Below are positions 8,230-16,231 of a DNA stretch of 50,975 nucleotides, one piece after another; position 1 is the stretch's first letter; each line of letters opens with the position of its first letter. Both the position numbers and the translations under genes were made by a program. Source of the stretch: Candidatus Yanofskybacteria bacterium (GTDB lineage: Bacteria; Patescibacteriota; Minisyncoccia; 2-02-FULL-40-12; GWA2-44-9); NCBI GenBank assembly GCA_003151795.1, contig PLYL01000022.1, positions 1 through 50,975 on the forward strand, given 5' to 3'. The notes under the pieces were generated by a model. That model saw only the letters and a list, made by a program, of their open reading frames with translations, was not told where the DNA came from and searched no databases.

Positions 8230-8479
8230 GTCTGGGGCCTTAGAGTTCAAATAAGAAGAGAATTTGCCGCCAAAGAAAAACTTGAAATTGTCAAAGTTCA
8301 GAATTTCGGTTCGGAATTTTTGGCCAGATCCCCGCCGCCCTTGGCGGCGAAATGCGTCCGAACTACTTTAAGAATAGACCACAACGTTGTCAACATAATT
8401 CATTGGAAGTGGATAAGTGTCTAGTGAAAATAGAGATCCCTAAATTAGGCCTTGTTTTTCCTTAGTTTTTAATGCTTAA

Positions 8480-9004
8480 ATATCTCTATATGCGACAGGA
8501 AAGCTAGCGTATATATCGGGGTCGTTCCATGTTCAGTCCAACAGTGCACGGCAGATTCTACGCGAACACGGAATTTCCTACGGTGACAACATTCGATCAA
8601 TCGTGCGCGCAGTCGTCGAAGACATCATCGGCCGAGGCTGGTCGGTGGTACTCGACGGCATGATGTTGGGGGAAGACGAACGTATGATCGTGCGCAACCT
8701 CGCCACCAAGTACAACGCCCTGTTCTCTTTCAACGCCATGATCTGCGATCCAAACCTGGCCGAAGAACGAGCGAGGAAACGATATGCGGACGGCAAGGAG
8801 TCAAGCTTTGAAGATTGGCGAGCCAGTGATCCGGAACAGTATTTCAAGGACATCCACAGCCGCACCAAGCTCGTGGAAGAACTGCTCGCCAAAATCCCGA
8901 CTGATCCGCTGGAACGGATCGGGATGATCGACAACAACGCCGGCGAGCAAGATCTGGTCAACTGGCTGCACCCGATCTGGAGAAACATTGCCAACCGACT
9001 GTAA
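8480..9004 (+). pseudogene. Possible 5'-degraded AAA_33/nucleotide-kinase-like gene
   Basis: GWSVVLDG and CDPNLAEERARKR lid-like segment; open frame extends to about 8480 without an ATG or intact P-loop. Confidence 0.45.
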
Positions 9005-9016
9005 ACCCAGAACTCC

Positions 9017-9046
9017 AAAATGGGGTCCGCCACGGACCCCATTTTT
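9017..9046 (+). terminator. Rho-independent terminator
   Basis: aaaatggggtccg-cca-cggaccccattttt. Confidence 0.8.
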
Positions 9047-9079
9047 TCTTTGGTTGAAATAGGCTAAAATACAGGACAC

Positions 9080-11086
9080 ATGTCAGCGACCAATCCAATC
9101 CTCAAAGGACTGAATGACAAACAGCAGGAAGCCGTCAAGACGATTGACGGCGCGGTTTTGGTTATCTCGGGGCCGGGTTCGGGCAAGACCAAATGCTTGA
9201 CCCATCGAGTGGCCTGGATGATTTCTAAAGGCATCGAGCCGAGGAATATCCTGGCAATAACTTTTACTAACAAATCCGCCAATGAAATGAGAGAACGGAT
9301 TAGAAAATTGCTCGGGTTAAATAAACTCGGTAATGAGAACTGGGAACTCAAAACGTCTTCAAATCTACCAACCATCGGAACATTTCATGCTATTGGGTTA
9401 CGAATTTTAAGAAGAGAGATTCCCATACTCGGCTACAAATCTAATTTCAATATCTGCGATTCGGATGAACAGCTTTCGATGATGAAACGCATAATGGGCA
9501 ACCTCGAAATCGATCCGAAGCGCTACAATCCCCGAAGCATGCTGGGCAAGATTTCCAAACTCAAAACCGCTTTAGTCTGGCCCGATGACTATGAGCCCCA
9601 CGAATACATGGAAAAATTGGTGGCGAAACTCTATGGCCACTACCAGAACGGGCTCAAAGAAATGAATGCGTTGGATTTCGATGATTTGATTGTTCTCACA
9701 GTTAAAATATTCAAAGAAAATCCCAAAATCCTAGAAAAATACCAGGAATGGTGGAAGTACATCATGGTGGATGAGTATCAGGACACCAGTCATGACCAGT
9801 ACCAATTCGTCCAGCTCCTGGCGGGCAAATACAAAAACATTTTCGCCATCGGCGACGATGCCCAATCCATTTATGCTTTTCGGGAAGCCGATATCAGGAA
9901 TATTTTAAATTTCCAAAAAGATTATCCCGAGGCCCAGGTCATCATGCTCGAGCAAAATTACCGCTCGACCCAGACGATTCTCGCGGCCGCCCAGAATATT
10001 ATCTCCAATAACAAAAACCAGTTCCCAAAAACTTTATGGACCGACAACGCGGCAGGAGAGAAGATAGTGGTCAAAGAAACCCTCAATGAACGGACCGAGG
10101 CCAATTTCATCGTCACCCAAATCGTAAAGTACATGCGCAAAGGCTACGGCTTGAATTCGTTTACGATTCTGTACCGCACCCACGCCCAATCCCGCTCGAT
10201 GGAAGAAGCGCTCATCAGCCACGGCTTGCCGTATCAGATTGTCGGCGGGTTGAAATTCTACGAGCGCCGAGAAATCAAAGACATCATGGCGTATTTGAAA
10301 TTAATCCATAACCCGATGGATATTTTAAGTTTGGAACGCATTTACAACGTGCCGGCGCGCGGCATCGGTGATACGACCTACCAAAAGATTCTGGCCGTCG
10401 GCAATCCCAATTTGTTTGAAAGTTTAGCGAGTTTGATTGATAAGGAAGGAGCGACCAAAAAAGCCAACGCTTTAAAATCATTTCACAATCTCCTGACTGA
10501 CTTAAAAAAATTCGCCGACAATAACACGCTCACCAAAACCATGAAACGGATTGTCGAGGCCGTCGGCTATGAACAATACATCCGCGCCCAAGCCCTGGCC
10601 AAAGGCGCCAAGGCCGAAGAAGTCGAATCCCGCATCGAAAACATCGCCGAGTTATTTACCGTCGCCAAAGGCTATGATGTCCTTGACCCTGAAGCGGGAC
10701 GCGGTAAGTTCCTGGAAGAAATCGCGTTGCTTCAACAGGCCGACGCCATCAAAGACAACGCCATTCGTATTACCCTGATGACCATGCATTCGTCCAAGGG
10801 TCTGGAGTTTCCGATTGTCTTTATCATCGGCATGGAAGAAGGCCTCTTCCCGCACGCTCGCACGCTCTACGCGCCCCACGAGATGGAAGAAGAGCGCCGT
10901 CTCTGCTATGTTGGGATTACGCGGGCCAAGGAACGCCTGATTTTGACTCATGCCAAATACCGCAACATTTTTGGTACGACCGAGGTTAATTTGCCGTCGC
11001 GTTTTCTGCACGAGATACCGGCGGAGTTACTAGATAGACAAGTGTCTGATCCGAATAATGAGTATGAGGATGTGGTTGAATATTAG
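9080..11086 (+). CDS. pcrA: UvrD/PcrA DNA helicase
   Basis: GPGSGKT, VDEYQD, GDDAQSIY, QNYRS, KGLEF, EEERRLCYVGITRA. Confidence 0.95.
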   Translation: MSATNPILKGLNDKQQEAVKTIDGAVLVISGPGSGKTKCLTHRVAWMISKGIEPRNILAITFTNKSANEMRERIRKLLGLNKLGNENWELKTSSNLPTIGTFHAIGLRILRREIPILGYKSNFNICDSDEQLSMMKRIMGNLEIDPKRYNPRSMLGKISKLKTALVWPDDYEPHEYMEKLVAKLYGHYQNGLKEMNALDFDDLIVLTVKIFKENPKILEKYQEWWKYIMVDEYQDTSHDQYQFVQLLAGKYKNIFAIGDDAQSIYAFREADIRNILNFQKDYPEAQVIMLEQNYRSTQTILAAAQNIISNNKNQFPKTLWTDNAAGEKIVVKETLNERTEANFIVTQIVKYMRKGYGLNSFTILYRTHAQSRSMEEALISHGLPYQIVGGLKFYERREIKDIMAYLKLIHNPMDILSLERIYNVPARGIGDTTYQKILAVGNPNLFESLASLIDKEGATKKANALKSFHNLLTDLKKFADNNTLTKTMKRIVEAVGYEQYIRAQALAKGAKAEEVESRIENIAELFTVAKGYDVLDPEAGRGKFLEEIALLQQADAIKDNAIRITLMTMHSSKGLEFPIVFIIGMEEGLFPHARTLYAPHEMEEERRLCYVGITRAKERLILTHAKYRNIFGTTEVNLPSRFLHEIPAELLDRQVSDPNNEYEDVVEY

Positions 11087-11128
11087 TTAGTTTTCAGTTA
11101 TCATTTTCCAGTTTCCAATAAGTTCTCA

Positions 11129-11482
11129 ATGGATCAAAGACCAAACAAATACCCCTTAGAAAATCGCACCGCTGAATTTTCACGGCGTATTATCCAGTTT
11201 TGCAAATCTTTGAAACAGGATTCTGTATCGCGTCCCATAATAGATCAGCTCATGCGGTCTGGCACAAGTATTGGCGCTAATTACATGGAAGCAAACAATG
11301 CCAGTTCCAAGAAAGACTTTCGAAATAAGATCTTCATTTGTAAAAAAGAGGCGCAAGAAACAAAGTACTGGCTCGCTATGTCCAAAGAAATTATTGCAAC
11401 AGAAGAAGTTAAGTCTTTATCGCAAGAAGCCCAAGAGCTTACCATGATATTCCAAAGCATAGTATCAAAAATTGATAAATGA
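11129..11482 (+). CDS. Four-helix-bundle protein (23S rRNA IVP-like family)
   Basis: DQLMRSGTSIGANYMEA...DFRNKIFICKKEAQETKYWL. Confidence 0.9.
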   Translation: MDQRPNKYPLENRTAEFSRRIIQFCKSLKQDSVSRPIIDQLMRSGTSIGANYMEANNASSKKDFRNKIFICKKEAQETKYWLAMSKEIIATEEVKSLSQEAQELTMIFQSIVSKIDK

Positions 11483-12273
11483 AAATTGCTGCGAAAAAAA
11501 GTTTGGGGCAAAACTTTTTAATAAATCAGGGGATAATAGATAAGATCATTAAAGCCGGAGAAATTTATCCGGAAGACATTATTATCGAGGTTGGTCCTGG
11601 TACGGGTAATTTGACCAGAACATTGATTGAAACAGGTGCTAGAGTTATTGCAATTGAGAAGGATCACCGACTAATTGAAGACTTGGAAGCAGAGTTTAGT
11701 GCTGTGCAAATTGAAATCGTGGAAGCAGACGTTTTAGAACTGAAAACTGAAACACTTATTGAAAACTGGGAACTGAGAAATGGAAACTACAAGATAATTG
11801 CCAACTTGCCGTACTACATCACCTCGCATTTTATCCGCACCGTTTTTGAAGAATGGCCGCAACCATTGCACATGGTCCTGATGGTTCAGAAAGAAGTGGC
11901 CAAGCGAATCCTGGCCAAACCGCCGGAGATGAATCTGCTCGCGCTCTCGGTGCAGTACTATGCCCAGCCGGAAATTATCACCCAGGTCAGCCGCGGCAGT
12001 TTTCGGCCCATACCGACCGTGGATTCGGCGGTGATTCGGCTCACACCGAGAACCGAATATTCTTTGCCGGTGGAAAAAGAAGCTCTATTTTTCTCAATTC
12101 TCAAATCGGCTTTCGGCGGAAAAAGAAAACAGCTCATCAATACGCTCCCGCCAATCATCGGCAAAAACAAGCAGGGGACGGCCGAGCTCCTGGCTCAAAT
12201 CGGCCTCACCCCCCAAACCCGCCCCGAAACTGTCGATCTGGCTCACTGGCTCATTCTGGTGAATAGCCTATAA
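11479..12273 (+). CDS. rsmA: 16S rRNA dimethyladenosine transferase
   Basis: KKSLGQNFL, EVGPGTG, ANLPYYITS, MVQKEVA. Confidence 0.95.
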   Translation: MKIAAKKSLGQNFLINQGIIDKIIKAGEIYPEDIIIEVGPGTGNLTRTLIETGARVIAIEKDHRLIEDLEAEFSAVQIEIVEADVLELKTETLIENWELRNGNYKIIANLPYYITSHFIRTVFEEWPQPLHMVLMVQKEVAKRILAKPPEMNLLALSVQYYAQPEIITQVSRGSFRPIPTVDSAVIRLTPRTEYSLPVEKEALFFSILKSAFGGKRKQLINTLPPIIGKNKQGTAELLAQIGLTPQTRPETVDLAHWLILVNSL

Positions 12274-12284
12274 TTCAGGCAGGT

Positions 12285-13778
12285 ATGGGCCAAGTTAGAA
12301 CCATTATCAAAAGGTTATCGGAGACAAAGCTAACTGAATTTTGGCCTGGTTTTGTTTTTGGATTAGTCTACTTTGGCTATATATTTTGGTGGTTCTGGTC
12401 TCTATATCCGCTGGACACACTTGGGGTTTCTAGTAAATTTTTATCGTTCATTCTTGTTTGTGCGACATTTTCAATCAGCATAATTGGTATGGCCTTTTTT
12501 TGGGGACTTTTTTCATTTTTTAGCATTAAAATTTTACCTAAACAACAATACCAATACCTCGCACCATGGTATCTGGCGAGTATGTTTGTTCTTATTGAAT
12601 ATGCTCGGGCATGGGGTTTTGGCATACTCTGGCTTGGCAGTGGAAGTCTTCTGGGTCCGCACTGGACCATTGGTAACCCGGCTTATTTCTTCGGCACTTC
12701 TCCGATACTACTTGGGACCGCGTCAATTTGGGGAATCTATGGCATCGATTTTATAATAGTTTTTATCATTAGCGCGATTTGCACCCTGGTATATTTCAAA
12801 AAAAGAAAGACTAGATTCATAGTGGCAGGAGAAATCATTCTTGTTATAGGAGTAATCGCTCTCACGCATCTGCTGACAATCAAACCACCGCAAGAACAAG
12901 CAGGGGTGACATTTTCCGTAATCCAGACCGAAAACCAAACAAAGATTTATTATACACCGGGCGAAATACTGACAGACTTTAGCCAAAAAAATGCGATGCT
13001 CAAAAGCGCCACTAATAAATCGGATCTTATTATTTTCCCAGAAGGAGCTGATTTTTCACAAACGTTAACTGACTTTCTATCTCCAGCAGCAGTTCAAAAA
13101 TATTTCAACAATCTAGCTCCTGAGAATAGGCTCATAATAGACAGTGATGCCATCATGGAATCTTCTGAATTAAAATCAAAAGTTATTTTTATCGATTCAA
13201 AACAAGGGATTGTTGGGTTTTATGACAAACAATTATTAACTCCGGCTGGGGAATTTATTCCCTACTTACTTAAGTTTCCATTTTTGATAATCGGACACAT
13301 ATCGGGGAAGAGTCCGGAAGTGGCGACCGAATTCACGAAGGGATCGGGAACCGATATTATAACCTATCAAGACAACACCTTTAAGATTCTCGTTTGTTCG
13401 GAAATCATCTCTCCGCTTATTTCTCGAACCGGATCATTCGGCTTCATGATTAATATCGACAGTCTAGGCATATTCAAAGGGGACAGTAGGATGAACAGCG
13501 AACTCTTGTCAAGTGCCCGGTTCCGAGCTGCTGAAAACGGTAAATACCTCATTATGGCGTCAAATTATGGCCAATCTTACCTTATTAATTCCGCTGGTAG
13601 TATTACTGATTCAACTAGTTCGTCTGGTTATCAGATATTAACAGGAACGATTGTGCCCAATAAAACCCGTACGTGGTACAATAGGTTAGGAGATTGGCCA
13701 ATTTTGTTATTATCAGTCCTGTTCTTTAGTCTTGGTCTAATCTCAAAAAAATGCCCAGGAAAATCAAGATTGTTCTAA
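12285..13778 (+). CDS. lnt: Apolipoprotein N-acyltransferase-like protein
   Basis: Multi-TM N-terminus; nitrilase triad FPEG / YDKQLL.P.GE / VCSE; RAAENG; TWYNRLGDW. Confidence 0.85.
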   Translation: MGQVRTIIKRLSETKLTEFWPGFVFGLVYFGYIFWWFWSLYPLDTLGVSSKFLSFILVCATFSISIIGMAFFWGLFSFFSIKILPKQQYQYLAPWYLASMFVLIEYARAWGFGILWLGSGSLLGPHWTIGNPAYFFGTSPILLGTASIWGIYGIDFIIVFIISAICTLVYFKKRKTRFIVAGEIILVIGVIALTHLLTIKPPQEQAGVTFSVIQTENQTKIYYTPGEILTDFSQKNAMLKSATNKSDLIIFPEGADFSQTLTDFLSPAAVQKYFNNLAPENRLIIDSDAIMESSELKSKVIFIDSKQGIVGFYDKQLLTPAGEFIPYLLKFPFLIIGHISGKSPEVATEFTKGSGTDIITYQDNTFKILVCSEIISPLISRTGSFGFMINIDSLGIFKGDSRMNSELLSSARFRAAENGKYLIMASNYGQSYLINSAGSITDSTSSSGYQILTGTIVPNKTRTWYNRLGDWPILLLSVLFFSLGLISKKCPGKSRLF

Positions 13779-14722
13779 CTCTCGTGGCCATAGTCGCCGT
13801 ATTTTCGGTTTATGAACTAGCCCACTATGTTCACCTCGCAGCAAACGGGGAAAGTGCGGCCATTTTGAATTCTACAAATCTTCAAGATACTCAAAATTGT
13901 CCGACGTGCGACCCTAATCATGATGGCCTGACCAACGCTCAGGATATTATCTGGGGGATAGACCCGCTCGGACCAAACAAAAACAGCCAAGGATATGTGT
14001 ATGGCGAAGAGGTTGCAGCTGGACGTAATCCGATCACTGGAGAGCTTTTACCGACAATCGACAGCTCTTCTTCGGCTAACATTACTGATGGATTAAGCAC
14101 ATTGATGACTTCAGGGATGTACGCCGGTGCTCTGGATCCGAGCAATCCGACCGCCTACAACAACGCGCTTGCCGATATCAGTTCGACCGTACTGGATAAC
14201 GGCGCACAAGCTCTCGATCCGAGTACGCTTCAACTGGATTCCGCAATCACTTCGTCAGACTCAAAGGCAGACCAAGAGAAATACGTAAACGCCATCGGAT
14301 CCATAATCGAAAGTGATCTATGGGGCGAGATGGTTAATGAACCTACACAAGTTGCGGCCCAAGTTATTACTCTCACAAATCAACCCGCTGATACCGACGC
14401 TCAAAATTTCTTCCAAACTAAGGCGGACTATTATCATAATGTACTCGTAAAAATTAACTCAACGCCGGTGCCGCCGTCTTGGAACGATATCCATCAAAAA
14501 CTATTAACAGCCATCAAGGGCTTGGAAATTGATCACCAAGCACTGGGACAAATAGGGAATGATCCCATGAAAGGAATGATTGCCATGAGTAACCTTGTTT
14601 CGGTTTATCAAAACATACCTCCAATACTTGTCAGCATTGCCCAGAAGATAAACGACGGCCACCTTAATCCGCCAAATAGCCAATTGTGGAGTTTGATTAA
14701 TTCATTAACCAATGGACTTTAG
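13751..14722 (+). CDS. Membrane-anchored hypothetical protein with a DxxxDG Ca-binding-like motif
   Basis: N-terminal TM; DPNHDGLTN; GEEVAAGRNP. Confidence 0.7.
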   Translation: MPRKIKIVLTLVAIVAVFSVYELAHYVHLAANGESAAILNSTNLQDTQNCPTCDPNHDGLTNAQDIIWGIDPLGPNKNSQGYVYGEEVAAGRNPITGELLPTIDSSSSANITDGLSTLMTSGMYAGALDPSNPTAYNNALADISSTVLDNGAQALDPSTLQLDSAITSSDSKADQEKYVNAIGSIIESDLWGEMVNEPTQVAAQVITLTNQPADTDAQNFFQTKADYYHNVLVKINSTPVPPSWNDIHQKLLTAIKGLEIDHQALGQIGNDPMKGMIAMSNLVSVYQNIPPILVSIAQKINDGHLNPPNSQLWSLINSLTNGL

Positions 14723-16214
14723 AAAAAAGATTATCTCAATAATCCTTGTAGCAATCCTACTAGAAGCTTGTTTTACTCCATTTGCTAATGCCACCGATTG
14801 GGCAACGGCCGCGGAATGGGCGGCGAACACAGCACTAAAAGCGGCGGCGCAGGCTGTTTATAGAAATGTAACTAACCAGATTATCAGTAAAATCCAAACC
14901 GCTGGTGAAAACGGGAAACCTGCGTTCGTTCAAAATTGGATTAGTTACTTAACCCAATCACAATACAAAGGAGAGGGTATTTTTCGAGCGGAATTAAGCA
15001 CTGCCCATCTGTGCGACTATCTGTCCACAGATATCAAAAAAACTTTCGGCGTAGACCCGAACGCTAAGACGCCTCTCGCAGGGCAGAACACCCGTACTGA
15101 TTCCTCTCAGCCATTTAACCTCCAAGCAAATTGTACTATGCCCGCCGGCTTCACTCCGCAAAAATACCAGCAGGATTTTGCCGGCAACGGCGGCTGGGAT
15201 ACTTTCTCGCGGATGCTCGAACCGCAGAATAATTCTATGGGCCTCATGGCTCTTTCGCAAGATGAAATGACAAAACAAAGAAGTCTCGCAGAATCGGCAG
15301 CTACTGACGAAGCGAATGGGACTGGATTCACTGGAGCCAAAGGTGCCTGCAAACTTCAGGGACCGGGAGGAATTTGTCTCATATCTGGAGACATCTTAAC
15401 TCCCGGTTCAATTTTAGATCAAGGAACTGCTAATGCGCTCAATGGAAGTATTGGATTTCTTACCACCGCAGATGCGGCTTCCGGAGCAATTGCCGCACTA
15501 GTAAATTTTGCCACGGACAAATTATTTAATTTAAGTGCATCAACCACATCAAATTCCAGTACAAGCGACGTCCAAACAACTAATAACTCTTACAATCAAG
15601 AGTTTTGTACCGCTAAAGACGATATGTCTCTTGAAGCGAAGACTTACATTTCGAAGACTTTTCCCCAAGCATACAAAAATTTCCCACCTGGAGGGGGCAG
15701 TTCCCTTAGTTTTCTTCCAGGCCATAGTAACGGCACCGGGAGCTATTGTCAGAGCTTAAATGATAGCAATAATCCCGCCCCTTATACTCGTTGCGTAGTG
15801 AGTTGTGAGAAAGCTGTCAGCAGTGTGCCTAATAATGTGGAGGTATCATCTCCTCCTCCAATAGCATCAACCGCACCACCAGAAAAATCGTGGGCGTGCA
15901 CGCAGTTGGTGACGGACGAACCGAATTTTATGCTTCCTTTATTACAAGCGATACCAGCTATGAACCCGATTACCATACCGGCTTCCCAAATCTATCAGGA
16001 CGCGGTGCAAAGTGTGGTAAGTCAGGCTAATGCTAAATTTGGGGCGCAAACAACTGCCCTGGGTGAAACCACGGACGGAACCGCGGTCCTCTATTATCCT
16101 AATAATGGCACTATCGGGGCGCCGGAGTTCTATCTGGCCGGACCGATACCCGGGCGGACAGTTTCACCACAAACGGGCCTCCCGTGGGATGTTGTCGTCC
16201 GCTGTACTCGTTAA
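14712..16214 (+). CDS. Secreted Cys-containing hypothetical protein
   Basis: Signal peptide (PFANA); 500-aa ORF overlapping the previous gene. Confidence 0.75.
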   Translation: MDFRKKIISIILVAILLEACFTPFANATDWATAAEWAANTALKAAAQAVYRNVTNQIISKIQTAGENGKPAFVQNWISYLTQSQYKGEGIFRAELSTAHLCDYLSTDIKKTFGVDPNAKTPLAGQNTRTDSSQPFNLQANCTMPAGFTPQKYQQDFAGNGGWDTFSRMLEPQNNSMGLMALSQDEMTKQRSLAESAATDEANGTGFTGAKGACKLQGPGGICLISGDILTPGSILDQGTANALNGSIGFLTTADAASGAIAALVNFATDKLFNLSASTTSNSSTSDVQTTNNSYNQEFCTAKDDMSLEAKTYISKTFPQAYKNFPPGGGSSLSFLPGHSNGTGSYCQSLNDSNNPAPYTRCVVSCEKAVSSVPNNVEVSSPPPIASTAPPEKSWACTQLVTDEPNFMLPLLQAIPAMNPITIPASQIYQDAVQSVVSQANAKFGAQTTALGETTDGTAVLYYPNNGTIGAPEFYLAGPIPGRTVSPQTGLPWDVVVRCTR

Positions 16215-16231
16215 ATTAATTTGCGCCCGAC

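Larger units (their letters stand above)
5647..8382. mobile_element. LSR integrative element 2 (about 2.73 kb) in the outer tRNA-Ala 3' end
   Basis: CCAC direct core at 5647-5650 and 8379-8382; joining the two ends reproduces the reverse complement of internal 7153-7338. Confidence 0.88.

Noticed and set aside
5647-8382. Assembly artefact as the source of the inverted repeats
   Set aside because: Judged unlikely: the design occurs twice with different sequences, ends at the att core, and includes short mismatched helices. It cannot be fully excluded without reads.
11129-11482. Diversity-generating retroelement Avd gene
   Set aside because: No reverse transcriptase and no TR/VR pair seen in the window.
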